The notes under the pieces were generated by a model. That model was not told the origin of the DNA. It saw only the letters and a list, made by a program, of their open reading frames with translations, and did no database searches. Below, piece by piece: positions 37,653 to 50,794 of a stretch of 64,000 bases of DNA; the stretch's first letter is position 1, and each line of letters begins with the position of its first letter. The stretch comes from Yuukianura sp. NJ FZ-2021. Its lineage: Eukaryota. Where the stretch lies: assembly GCA_046563655.1 (NCBI GenBank), contig CM102286.1:5642001-5706000 (forward strand). The letters are read 5' to 3'. The position numbers were made by a program, and so were the translations under genes.

Positions 37653-38034
37653 TGTTCGTGACTTGGTCACTTTAAGGGCCTAACCTGAGCTGTCAATTGA
37701 TGAAATAAAGCACAATGGCGGAACACAAGACAAATCCAATTTTATGAGCACTTTATTTGCTCAAGTCTTAAAACTATTACAAGTTGTGTCACACACACAG
37801 ACAGACAGGAGGGAACAGACAGGAGATGTTGGTGGCTCAGTGGCTGAACAGACTCTCCCGGTGAAGCACAAGACTCCACATCAATGTCCAGGAGAAGCCT
37901 GGACATGTCCACGCCAATGTCAAAGCTCACTTTGACCTTGGCGTCTCACTCTTTTTTATGCACTCACAACCTGCCTCTGGTTGACTCACAAAGTCAACCA
38001 ATGACAGGCTGCAAATCAACCACAGCTACAAACA
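37653..38034 (-). repeat. 5' LTR (382 bp)
   Basis: Direct repeat of 31463..31841; minus-strand AATAAA near 37752-37757. Confidence 0.95.
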
Positions 38035-38689
38035 TCCAGAAACTCAAACGGACACCGCAGTCAACCTGAAAAGTCAGAGTTCATCTCAAACATTACCCGA
38101 AAATGTCGTTTGAGCTCACCAGAAAGAATCAGAAAATCGAAAAAAAAATTTCCCGAAAATTTTGACAAATTTAGTTGTACTTCCCAATCCACCTCTGCCG
38201 CGTCGATACTTCGCAAATTTTTCCTTAGTGCCTTTAAAACACATTGGAAATATTAAGCGTAATCATTTTTATTTATTTTTATTATTCTTTTTCTCATTTT
38301 ATCAAGAAACTTCGTAGTAGGCTGTCAGCAGGAACAAAAAGTAAAGTCTTCCCAAGTCTTACCCCATAAAAGTGTTCCAGTATATGAAAGAAAATTACAG
38401 TAAAATTTTCAGAATTTTTTTTCAACTCTAAAGGGTGTCGCAGACATGTTACAGATTAGCAATGGACGCCCTATTCGAATGTACGCATCTAAGCCCGTTT
38501 ATTCTTATTTATTGTTATTCGCTGTAGAGTAGCTTTTTTCGTTTCAGTGAAAGAAACTGAAATAAATGAAATAAACTGAAAATTGAAAGAAACTACAGCT
38601 GTTTTGTTTCAGTCCATAAATTTAGGTTGGGAAAGCAAAACTTCGTTTCACCTTAAAGAAATGAAGAAAATTGAAATTAACTGAAACTC

Positions 38690-39497
38690 AAATACCCACA
38701 ACATACCCACAACATACCCACAACATACCAACAACATACCCACAACATACCAACAACATACCCGCAACATACCAACAACATACCAACAACATACCCGCAA
38801 CATACCCACAACATACCCACAACATACCCGCAACATACCCGCAACATACCCACAACATACCAACAACATACCCGCAACATACCAACAATATACCAACAAC
38901 ATACCCGCAACATACCCGCAACATACCCGCAACATACCAACAACATACCCGCAACATAACCGCAACATACCAACAACATACCAACAACATACCCGCAACA
39001 TACGAACAACATACCAACAACATACCCGCAACATACCCGCAACATACCCACAACATACCAACAACATACCAACAGCATACCCGCAACATACCCACAACAT
39101 ACCAACAACATACCAACAGCATACCCGCAACATACCCACAACATACCAACAACATACCCGCAACATACCCGCAACATAACCGCAACATACCCACAACATA
39201 CCAACAACATACCCGCAACATACGAACAACATACCAACAACATACCCGCAACATACCCGCAACATACCCACAACATACCAACAACATACCAACAGCATAC
39301 CCGCAACATACCCACAACATACCAACAACATACCAACAACATACCAACAACATACCCGCAACATACGAACAACATACCAACAACATACCCGCAACATACC
39401 CGCAACATACCCACAACATACCAACAACAAACCCACAACATACCAACAACATACCCGCAACATACCAACAACATACCGGCAACATACCCACAACATA
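38690..39497. repeat. 11-bp minisatellite (CAACATACCCG / CAACATACCAA / CAACATACCCA)n
   Basis: ~800 bp of 11-nt variant units directly visible. Confidence 0.97.
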
Positions 39498-39535
39498 TCC
39501 GTAAGTAGGTTATCCCTATATAAATCGTTGATCCC

Positions 39536-39641
39536 GTTGCGGCACTCCCTAGCGTTGGAATAAAAATCTGAAAATTTTACCAATTTTTGTTGCGGCACTC
39601 CCTAGCGTTGGAATAAAAATCTGAAAATTTTACCAATTTTT
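39536..39641. repeat. Perfect 53-bp tandem duplication
   Basis: GTTGCGGCACTCCCTAGCGTTGGAATAAAAATCTGAAAATTTTACCAATTTTT twice. Confidence 0.9.
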
Positions 39642-40053
39642 CTTCTCATATAATGTAACGATTATGTGGGGTAAGGCTTAAAGTAAAAGTAGTTTGAAAA
39701 ACCCAATGTATTCTGTTGACAGTCTACTTCGTAGTCGTCGGTTTCAGTAAGCTGCATTCACATTACAATGAAACTTGCGATTTTTCGCTATAACCAGTTG
39801 CACTTGCTTGCAAGTTGCTACTTCCAAGTGTTTTCTGTTTCTGCGAGTTGCGTTTTTCCCAACACAAGAAAAGCTACGGGCAGACACATTGAATACCACG
39901 GGCTCAAAAAGTCGTTTTTATGAAGCTTCACCAGTGTTCGTCTCATCGCCTCCGCCAGTAGTGTCCAAATTGATTGACTGAAAGATTTCGAAAAGCTGGA
40001 GAGAACTTAAGATCAAAAAGTACTTTGCAATTGAAAAGTTGCAACACTTTTTG

Positions 40054-41829
40054 CTACATTACGCAATCGCCGACAATTCTGGAACCAAATTGCAGAATTA
40101 TTACGAAGTAGGTGAAAACAGCTCCAAGAACCTGGTCAACAGACGAAACTTTTAGTTACAATTTCAAAGTCTACCTTAATTAGTTTCAACTAAACATACT
40201 TTTATAATAAATGGCCGATCTAGCCGAAAGAACTTTCCTCCAGTCAAAATGATGTTCTGAGAAAAAGTTGTCAGCAAATTCTGAATCTGGAACAAAACGA
40301 AAAAATTCCCTTCGATCTTGTCCATAATTTTTGAAGAACTAGTATATAAATTCCAGTACCAGGTACTTTTTTTGACGACTGTCCAATACTTGGATACCCC
40401 TTGACCTTAGGATCTGGAATCCCTCCATGGCAGAATCATTGACCCTGGCTGCCTCCAGTGACACCATGAAAAACACAAAAAACGTTTGGACCACCAGAAC
40501 TAGTCCTGCGACGATATCCTCTTGTTGTCTTGTAAAACAGTCCGTTCTGGCCAGGTAGTAAAGTTCAAAACACATCGTCAGAATTTGAGTCAGAAAGTAA
40601 GACTGCAAATTGCATGTAAAAACCGAGTCCGTTTTGCGGATCATCTTCACTAATCTGCAATGATCACGAAACAGCTTCTCGCAAACTGTTTTCTCCCAGT
40701 CAATTCCTACCTCCTCAAAATTTTTTCCTAAAAATCGGTAAAAACTAACATTATTAACTAACCCAGTTTCTAAATGACATAAAACTAAAACTTAGAATTA
40801 CTTTTTGGGTCAAGCGTCAGTTCCTTCCGGAGACGTTGGTTCCAGTTGTCAAAGCAAATGATGATAAGGCGACATTCAAAGATGAAAAACATGATCAATG
40901 CTCTGGAGGCGTACACCGCGTACAGGAGAATCACAAATCCAATTCCAATCACTGTCATGGACACATCAAGAAGATTTGTGTCACCAGGAGAAAACGACCT
41001 CCGAATCAACATGGTCATTAGCAGAGCCGTCCCTCTGGTCATTGGGACATAACTGAGAAAAACAAAACAATCAATCAAAAAACTTAATAAAAGTGTCAAT
41101 CTAAATTACTAGTAGCATCAAAAAAACAAAGTAATGAGGCACTTACTTTGTAACGTAGAACAGAATAATGATAAAGAAAAAACAAAGTACGAGAACATTT
41201 GACAAAATCAAAGATCTTTGAAGACATGTTCCAAGCTGAATTTGAAGAATGCTGAGTAGGTTGTTCCAAGATTGAAAATACTTCGAAATGCATTTCCGCT
41301 TACAACAAAATGCCAAACTTCCAACAGTGCTATGAACCACACATCCCCAAACCAATACAAATGGAACCAAGTGGGCATTGAAGAATTCCAATTCCTCATC
41401 ATGGTACAGCGATTTCTCCAGAATGGTCCATGACATGTAGTAAGAAGTGAATCCGAGTGTAGAAATTACAAGCAGGATTAAAAGTGTAGCTGTAGTGCAG
41501 ATAAAGTAGAGCCAACTGAAGTACTGGAACAGTTTCGATGCTGCGGGTTTTGAAAATTTTTGATTTCCGATGTTGAATGGAAACCGGCCGAGCAGACGCA
41601 GAATTATTTCGAGGGGAAAAAATGCTACTGACACAGCGCCGCCTAAAGCTCGATCTCGGCAAAATGGCATCAGTTTCGAGCTTATCGCTGGAATTCTTTC
41701 TGGAAATGTGCTGGAACAACTTTTGTCTTCGATGTTGTTGTTAAGCCGCCTGTGTCCCGGTGAATAGTAGTGTATTTGTGACTCCATCGGGATGTCAATG
41801 ACATCAATGTCATTGTTCCGGAGATTCAT
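40054..41829 (-). CDS. Gustatory receptor family (7TM chemoreceptor), spliced
   Basis: Multiple hydrophobic helices. The last exons read LTGGKFFRLDRPFIIK-VLGAVFTYFVIILQF, matching the GR C-terminal TYxxxxxQF signature. Confidence 0.85.
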
Positions 41830-42110
41830 TGCCTATAATATGAAAAATTTGTTTCATATCGAAAATATTTTGAAAATTCTGCTCTCAGCTAGTAATAATT
41901 TGAAGTTAACTTACTCCGAAACAGACCAGAATGGAAGTGTATTCTCGGAAATTCTAACCAACAAAATGACACAGTTTTAGACTGGCCCAAATCAAACTTA
42001 TATTTTCTGCAGTTGAATCAATCATTTTTCCATGACCTTATCAGATGCCCATGACATTTCATGAAAATTCATCGAGAAAATAAATCTGGCTGTAACCCGG
42101 AGTGTACAAA

Positions 42111-42518
42111 AGTAGCGAAAGCTAGATAGCAATCGCGTACGCCTGTGATACCGGCCCACGAGTGTAAGCCATAACGAGCCATAGTTATGAATATGAAAAA
42201 GAAAACAGTTGACCATTGACCCGGAAGGAGGTCACTTAGGGTCAGATGATAAACAAGAACTTTTGTAGGGATGCGTCATTTTTCATGCTAATAGGAATAT
42301 AATCGGTTTACCTTCACCTTTGACCCGGAAGGTTAAATATCATCCCACCGGGATCATATACAATAGTGAATACCCCAGCATCATCCGGTATGCACTAATG
42401 AAACCAGATTCCAGAAAAAATTAACCGTTCCGAGATAATTCCCGCTTATGAAGGTCGTACAGACCGGTGTCATACACACAGAAGGACAACGGCGATGCAT
42501 AAAGTAGCTTTCGCTACT
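42111..42518. mobile_element. Short non-autonomous element with 14-bp inverted ends and 3' stem-loop (Helentron-associated/DINE-1-like?)
   Basis: AGTAGCGAAAGCTA at 42111 and TAGCTTTCGCTACT ending at 42518; hairpin AGTAGC-TTTC-GCTACT preceded by (CA)n. A similar 3' end lies at 51377..51433. Confidence 0.4.
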
Positions 42519-42615
42519 AAATATACACGCGACAACGAATAAATTCATTACTTTTTTCACTTTCTTCCCTAGTAAAATTGTTTTAATTGAACCCTAAACA
42601 CTTTTTATGTAGTAT

Positions 42616-43711
42616 TCATTGATGAACGCAACCTTCAAATTTACTGCCCTTAGCATAGGAACCAATAGGATCTTCCTTCTGAAGTGAAGCCAAATGGCTT
42701 GTATCATGTTCCGCCAAAACGTCTATTTGTCGAAGTGATGAATCATCAGATTTCTTGTGAATTGCCAACTTAATGTAAGCAGTGTTTGAAGGAAGTTTGG
42801 TAATGACGCTGGTGGTGTTATTCAACTGAATCTTGTCGTTGGACGACGTTAGATGATTTATCAAGTACATTATGGCGAAACCGTGCGAAGATGCGGCAAT
42901 TATTTCGGGTTCGCACTCTTCTGAATTATCCACAATGTCAAAGATTTCCTGAAAATACATTTTAAATATAAAATTAAGTAAGGAGACTTCGTGGGGCCTT
43001 AAAATATAAAAAAATAATGTACTTCGAAAAATGACGCAGCTCTTTGATGCATCACTGCAGAGGGATCACCACCCGGGAATTCCACTTCGGCAGGCGCTAT
43101 TCCTTTGACAAATATATGTTCTGCCAAATGCATCATCACATCCTTGATTGGACCGCCTTCGAATTTTCCGCCATTCTAAAAATGGACAATTGGAAAAGAA
43201 TTATTTGTCAACCATTTTGGACAAACATAATGGACACATAAAAGAATCAAATCAATGATTTTTACCCGTTCTCGGAGCCTTTCATCGTATTGAATTTTCA
43301 AATTGGCAACTTCCGAATGCTTTGACTGTGACAGAACATGCGATATCGTTTGGACACACCTTGCATAGTCACTGCTAAACACTTTCGTAAATTTGACATC
43401 TTCCAAATGGGTTCCTAATAAATTTGCCTTCAAAAATTGTCTTTTAGTTTATTACTTTTGCAATGAATGTTTTTTAGAAGTTCGCTTTTTGACAGAAAAA
43501 GAGTGCTACCTGTTGTTTCCCATGTTCTGTTATCACATCTTCATCAGGCGGCAATATAATCTTGGTGACATTATTTTGACACTCCGCGCTAAAAATATAA
43601 AGTTCAATTACTAACTTTTGATCGGGTATAAATTTCAGTTTGAGTTAAATTAAAGTTAAAGTTAAATTAAATTTCTTACTGCCGGACAATATAAAGGTAG
43701 CCAACCTTCAT
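42616..43711 (-). CDS. Histidine phosphatase superfamily protein (TIGAR/phosphoglycerate mutase-like), spliced
   Basis: MKVGYLYIVRH-AECQNN, FSSDYARCVQT, DERLRER-NGGKFEG, ASSHGFAI, PSNTA motifs. Confidence 0.85.
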
Positions 43712-44146
43712 TATGTCAAAAACAGCTTCTTGTCGATTCAACTAATACTGAATTAACGCTTGCAGAAGACGCAGGAAATAACACATCAGCTTCTCTTCCC
43801 TGGACCACAATTTGAATAGCAATACAAGATCCCCCACCACTTCAGACTACTTATCACCACTTATCCACAGTTTGCTTTGAAAACTAAAATCACCTCGAAG
43901 GCATATCTGAAGATCCATGGGGAAATTGGACTCATGTGATGCTACTTTGGGAATTTCTATTCAATTTGTACAACCAAGTCACGTTCGACCATTACATATT
44001 CACAACGAGTTCGTCCTTGTTGTACGCGGTCAACTTCTTTTACATGAGTTTAGAATGCATTATTCTTGACAAATCTATCTACAATACTAAACATGCAGTA
44101 AAGGAAACTATCACTGATGTAGGAATGACCTTTGACCTATTTGTTC

Positions 44147-44563
44147 TTAAGCTTTCTTCTTCTCGCTCCAGGAGAATCCCCGGAAGTAGAGCATATCCTG
44201 TACATTGTGTGAGATGTTGTAGGCATTTGTCATTGCTGCCTCTCCAAAAACGTCACAGATTTCACGATTACGTTTTCCTGAAATAAGTTGTAGTTTTTGT
44301 TCTGCCGCTAAGTAATGTGAATTTTCGTTAGCTTTATAATAATTATAACTTAACTTACCGCTTCTTTTTTCCTTCTTTTTGGTTTTCTTGCTGTGACCTT
44401 TATTTCCCCCTCCAGCAGTCGTACCATTGCCACCGCGTGCAGTAATATTCGGCTTAGAGGAAGTCTTATGTAAATGGGATAACAAAAATAAAGCAATATC
44501 AATTCAAAACTTATTGTCAAATGCTGAAATGAATTAAATGTAAATTATAATTCTTACACTCAT
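44147..44563 (-). CDS. Small lysine-rich protein 1-like, spliced
   Basis: Lys-rich N-terminal part then DVFGEAAMTNAYNISHNVQDMLYFRGFSW, matching the SMKR1 pattern as recalled. Confidence 0.7.
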
Positions 44564-44928
44564 TGCCCTCTTAATGTGACGTGTTTCCTAAAAATTTGTT
44601 GTTTAGCAAATCAAAAGCAGCATTCTACAATCTACGCCACCATGCCGCGGGTTTTCTAGTCGTCTAACAACGGGTTGCTCGAAATGTAATACAAAAACTG
44701 CAATAGTCACTCATCGACCTCTTCATTACAAGGTTTAAGAACCCGTTCCCAGAAAATTTCGATTCGATGGTAAAATTAATTTAAGATGGTGCTATTCGGG
44801 ATTAATTTTACCAAAAAATAATCCATTTCCGTCATGATGGCATACGTACAACTTTTCCACCATTCGTTTACTGAGGTAAATTTTGAACAGGTTCTATCGA
44901 CCAAACTGATACTATATGCAAACTTAAT

Positions 44929-46993
44929 CTAACCAAAAAGCATATTGATCAATCGTCTCAAAATATACAGGACGAACAAGTTTAGTAGTATGAGTATTGC
45001 AAAAAATGCAAAGTAGACGTCAACTGATTGTCGAACAACAAATGATTGATCCAAAAGCATTGGTTTGAGAGCAGACGTGTCATCCTGTCTAAGCACAAAA
45101 TTTGTCCATGAAACGGCCTCTTCCGTAGGACTTCGAATGCGGTCCTTGAAAATTTTGGATCTTGCAATCATATTTTTCTTATACCTAAAACAAAAATCAA
45201 AATGTGTTTCAGGGTCGTTTCAGAGGTTTTTGAAAATTAGGAAGAGATTGAAACGAAAATAGGAAAAACTTATAGTTCAACGCTATTGCAGTTCGTGTAT
45301 TAAATTGCAAACAATGATTTGCCTTAGCATTTTTACCGCCATTTTTTACCTAAACTTTTGAAAAATTAGCTGTACAAATATATTCTAGTAAGTTATTACA
45401 TTTTGTTTTGGAGAACTTCCTGCAGTGCTCCATCAATTTGTTCTTGAGAAAATGTTCTAAATTCAACCGAAACTCCCAAACCTTGTGCTTGGACTCTGTA
45501 GGCGTTGAAGTCTTGGTCCGCAAAGAGCGGGAACGTTATGAGCGGCACTCCATGAAATGTCGCCTCGGTTATGCTGTTCAGTCCTCCATGTGTCATGAAA
45601 GCTACAGTTTTCGGATGATCTGCGAAAATTGAATAGAGCTTAGTTAGTGAAAGTTTCTAAATATTGTTTTGGTTGTTAATCATAAAATCCAAACTGTATT
45701 TGTATTTCCAATGATACGGTACCTAGAATTGCTCTTTGTGGAAGCCAGTTTGAAGGCATTACGTTTGCTGGAGTATCGGCAGGCATTGGACCATCCCATC
45801 GCCAGATAAATCGGACTTTGTCAAACTTTCGCATCATTTCGAGGAAAATTCGTGTGTATTTGAAATCTAATTTGGCGAAATCTATTGTAGAGCCAAACGT
45901 GATCAGTACAACCCCATCCACTGCATCGTCCATAAAATCCTTGAATTCCTAGTCATCGTAATAAAAATTCAAGTCAACACTGATCCATTTTTTTAAACTT
46001 TTACTACATCTAGATGTAGATGCATCTAGCCTTTGGGAAACATACTTTAAAGAGTTTGTTAAACTTGAGTGACAAAAAAAAATTAACAATAAATAAGTTT
46101 TCTAACGTAAGATGCGTTTTAGAGCATACTTTCGGTAGTGGTCCAACTTCCGAAAAGCATTGCATCCCTCCGATATTGACAAACATGGGTGGTAGTGACC
46201 TTGCAAAGTCAGTGGAGTAGTGACTGTTAATGAACACCAGCGAAGCGTTTCTTTCAATTTCTACAATCGATGGAATTGGTAAACGAGGGTTAAGCTTGTC
46301 CAAATAAATTTGTTTCAAAGCGTTAGCAAATTCAGCATCTCTGAAATATCCCTTGTGATGTCTGTAGACGTTGTTCAATCTGTCAAAGAATCCAGGAGGA
46401 AAGCCTACATTTGCCATCAAGTCTGGAATAACTGATGCCTCTATTGGTAGACCGAATGCTCCATAAAACCATGGAAACACGGTAGTAGACGAATATATTA
46501 TGAACTTTGTTTCCGACTGATCAACTAAGTAGAATATGCAATCATTGAAAGCACCATTAATGATCATCAAATCAAAAGTGCCTTTTTCAAACCACTTGTT
46601 AAACGTATGGTCAGTTTTGTACGTGTCAAGCATCACTCTACACAAACCGAGGCATGCTTCATGGAAAGCTGAATCAGTGGTGTCCCAGTTTACCCCATCC
46701 AGCCTTGCTTGGATTCGATCGACGTCGGAGTAGAGCGACTTTGTGTAGTCTAGAAACGGTTTGGGTGTAATGTCCGTAACATTCGGATGAACACTGATCA
46801 CTTTGTCACTGGATGAAGTAAATGTCACATTGTGACCTGCATCAGCCAGTCCAATAACCAATGGCCAAATATTGATCTTATGTGACAAATTGCCACCACC
46901 AAATAAAAACAAAATATTTGCGCACTGAATTTCGGAAATAGCAATCAGCAAAAATAACGAAACAAAATGTGTCTTTTCTTTTGAAAAAATCAT
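44929..46993 (-). CDS. UDP-glycosyltransferase (UGT), spliced
   Basis: Signal peptide, ANILFL..SH..LADAGHNVT, NIGGM, ITFGS, WLPQRAIL-DHPK..FMTHGGLNSITEA..GVPLITFPLFADQ signature, C-terminal TM helix. Confidence 0.93.
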
Positions 46994-47768
46994 TTTATTG
47001 TAAAGTAAGAGGAACAACACGTTCAAGAAAGATCTGACTGACCTTTGAGTAGTAAGTTTGCATTCATATTTTGGTAACAATGCTAGATAAATGAAAACAA
47101 TGCAAAGCTTGCGATAAGCCATTGGGTCCAAAGTTTGCTCATTTGAAAACGTTTGTATTATGTATCGATTAAACAAATAATTTTCACAGCATGTAATCTT
47201 TGCTTTACTTATTTCGTTGCTTCTTTCTTCAATTGATATGGATTTATTTACTTTTTTGAATTCAGTTTTTGATTTTAAAAAAAACCATCTGCCATCTTAC
47301 ATTCGTGTAATATTTTTTAGTTTACAAAAAAATGTTTTCGCAAGTTAAGAAATTTTGACAAAGAAAGAAAACCCTGAAAAGAATATTTTGATTTTTGAAC
47401 AATAATTGTTTAAAATACTTACATAAAAATATTCAGCCGACAATTATTCTCGGTTGCTCGGTAATTGCATGACCTTGAGAGCGAGATTTAAAGTCAGTTT
47501 GACATTAGTAATAGAAAATTTTGTTTTCATTACATCCGTCATTCTGTGACGCGTAAAAGATGTTTTTACTGAAAAAATTTTCCTGCAAGAAATTTTAACC
47601 ATCAGTGTTTTGGTTTTCCTGGATACTTTTTACTTATTTATAGAAGAAACTAACCACGTTTATGTTTTAAAGTTTTAAACACTGTTACTCTCATTATTTC
47701 TTTTAAGTAAAAATTTTCTCAATCACATATATTTTTCCCACGATATTTAAAATCTCTTCTTTCGCATC

Positions 47769-49650
47769 ATGCCGCTACTAGACACCTACGACACAATTGA
47801 TTTAATTAATATTAATATTCGACGCCGATCGTCCAATTTGAGTACATTTGTCAACGGTGTAGGCATTACTAGAACAGAAAGCAGTGATGCAGAGAGGAAT
47901 TGTTCAGGCCGATGGCGCCAAAAGTTCCGGAAATTGCTAACGCTGCTCATCAACGTTGTAGCAAAACCTATCACTGCAATTCTTTTTATTCCGTTTTATA
48001 CGCTACAACTGCTGCACGAATCCGTGTTGGTTTTGCTGGCACTGGTTTACAAGATTGTTTTGTCCAAAATAAACAACGATGCTGTTTTAAAGGTCATTAA
48101 CCTCATTGGCGGTGAAGACGTCTTTAAAGCAAAACGTACGCTACTCTTTGTAGCACTTGATTTTTTTACGGATATTGGTACTGGGATCAACCATTTTGTC
48201 AATGGTAGAATGGCGGAGGGAATTCTGACTTTTGGTATCGTCATTGTTTCGGGAGTTTTGGTCTCAACAATTGTGGGCGTCAGCAAATATCGGTGAGAAC
48301 GTATGCCATAATTTTGAATACTTAAGTTTTACTAAAATAACGACTTGTTTGCCCCGGTACAAAATTTGGCTTTTTAAAATATGTGGTAAATGTATTCAGG
48401 GTGAAAATAAATGGTCTTAAAATTTTCAGGAAAGCAAATTACCGCCAGTATTCTACAGAAAGCTCCAATTTTTGGAATTTTATGCTTTATGTTCCAACAC
48501 TGATGCCATTCTACAGGTGATTTCAATTTGTGAAATTATTTACTGTGCAAAAATGTTCTAACGTGTAGATGCTCACTTCTGCAATTTATTCACGAATTGT
48601 AGCGGAATGATTCGACTCAACTATGCGGAGGAATACAAGAAAAGTGAAACCGAAAATGATGAAGAGAAGAAAAAACTTCTCAGAAACAAATTCAAAAATT
48701 TTGAAATTGGCTCATGTTGGGACACAATGTTTGAAACGATCTACGAATCTTTTCCTCAAGCTCTCCTTCAAATTGTTCTTCTTTTGGAAAAAGATCAAAT
48801 TCAATTCCCTTCCGGTATGTAATACTGCGACAAACTTGAGTTTCAATCAAAATTGGGGTAAAAAAAGTTCGTTTAAAAACAAATCTTGACTTTTTATTTA
48901 GACTTAATTCCCATTTTTGGCACACTTGTGGCCCTCTATGGTATTGCCAACGGACCACTGAATTTAAAAGCGTGCTTTGCCACAGCGGAGCCCGGTATGG
49001 TACAAATATTTTTCACGATATTAGCAAAAAGTAAGCGTTTGGAAAAGTTTTTTATCGTCTATGAAAAACCTGTCACGTTAATTACTTAACAGAATTTTTC
49101 TTTGTTATTAGGCGTGATGCTGTTTACTTTTTCTTTTTTGATTATCTCTATGCGACAACTAATTCCGGACCACAGAATCCACTCAGTGCTTCTTGCCATT
49201 CTGATTTTGTTTGTTCTGATTGACATTCCGTTTCTGATAATCGACGGATGGGTAGGACGCTACACGCCAGAAGAACAAAAGCTTGACAAAAAGGCCGGAA
49301 ACGAAAATTGCAAGCTTCAAAAGCTGCGAAAATTGAAAATCGTTTACATTGTTGTCGATATTATCTACATGTTCACGAGTGTTGCTGCACTTTGTGTGTG
49401 GGTTTGGACAAACTACTATTTAACGACAGGTATTAATCGTCGTGTTTATGTTGTTGGTGGGATTCATCTTTTGTGTTTGCTATTTACAGTCATTTACTTG
49501 TTTGGAAAACCAAGAAATGAGGTGGGTTGTTGCATTCCATATTTTCTTGGGTTGTTTATTATTAGAGTGATAAGATACATTTATAAAAAGTCTGGAAATT
49601 CTGAAAAGTTTGGCAACAGTGACAGCATTCATCACTACATAGGATGCTAA
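47769..49650 (+). CDS. Multi-pass membrane protein, XK-related-like (divergent), spliced
   Basis: Several TM segments over exons; LDFFTDI and ETIYESFPQALLQI resemble the XK-family DxxTD and ExxxESxPQxxLQ motifs. Confidence 0.55.
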
Positions 49651-50009
49651 ACAATAATTTGATAACACATTTCAAACTTCAGTCAAGTATAATATTTTTA
49701 CTGATTATAATAGGAGAAATTAAGTTGAACAAAAGCACTTCCAATGTTTTAAATTCTTTTCTTGATTACTTCTGCAAACATAGGTTCGTTTGCTTTTTGT
49801 TTTTATGAAATTCCTGAAAATCTGAAATCCAAAATTAGTTAAAAAAAATTACAAAGATTTCAAAAGTAAACACTATCTTCTTCGCGTCAATGTGTCAAAT
49901 TTATTTATAATCATTAATCATTTTCAGAAATTTTTAATTTTTTTTAACAATTTAAAAACTGTTCTAAAGTAAACTAAAAGTCGATTCATATAGCACAGAT
50001 ATGACATTA

Positions 50010-50794
50010 CTAAAATAAGCCAATGTCTGTACAACCCTTAGCTTCATAAGGCATTTCAGCAGCAGAAATATTAAAATATCGTTTGAAGCACTTTGATTCC
50101 AATTTCTTCTTGTCTCGTTCATTTGATTTGGAGTTGGTTGAAAAAACAAAAGTTTGATGAACGCATGTGTTGTTTTTCGTAAGTGTTGGAATGTAGAACA
50201 TAAAAGTATCTTTGGAGACAACGCATGGTACAGCACTAAAAACGGAGGTTTTTCCAGTTGAGGTGAAATATTCTTCCACATTGTACACTTTATCCTGGAG
50301 GTTGTACTTCATTTTCCCAGTGTACGTGTGGACCTTGGACTCATTATTCGTGCTAAAGTATCCACCAAAATATGTTACGTTGTTTTTCGAAATTGGTTTA
50401 ACCCTAGTCCATTTGCAAAGTTGGGGACCAAATTGTGTCCAGTATGGGGGTGCATACAGTTGAGGAACATAAGGATAGTGGTGCTATTTTTCTAAGGTCA
50501 ATTTTTTGCTTTCTCTTAAAACAAGACAAACTGGCTTTCCACATTTTCTCTTTTTCTTCATCTGAGTAGTCCGCTTGCATGTTTGCTCTTTTCTCTCTAC
50601 TTTCACTTGCGTCCTCACTCAGTATACCTTCAGCATCAAATCAATGACAATTTTTAATACTTTTTCTCCAAGCACCACAATTTTTTTAAATCTCTAAATC
50701 AATATTTCCGCTGTAATATTATTTAGAACGTACCGTGTAATGCAATACTGAACACCAACATGGTCACAAAAACGGTCAAAGTTGTAGACATCAT
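50010..50794 (-). CDS. Hypothetical secreted protein; exon structure not fully resolved
   Basis: MMSTTLTVFVTMLVFSIALH signal-like exon, an REKR dibasic site, and an open frame ~50483..50010 with several Cys. Confidence 0.4.

Larger units (their letters stand above)
31463..38034 (-). mobile_element. Full-length BEL/Pao LTR retrotransposon
   Basis: Two TG..CA LTRs, 5-bp TSD TCCAG (31458-31462, 38035-38039), purine tract AGGTGGGAG abutting the 3' LTR on the minus strand, single gag-pol ORF. Confidence 0.97.

Noticed and set aside
38648..39598. 265-316 aa ORFs over the minisatellite
   Set aside because: An 11-bp stop-free unit opens several frames at once; no coding signature.
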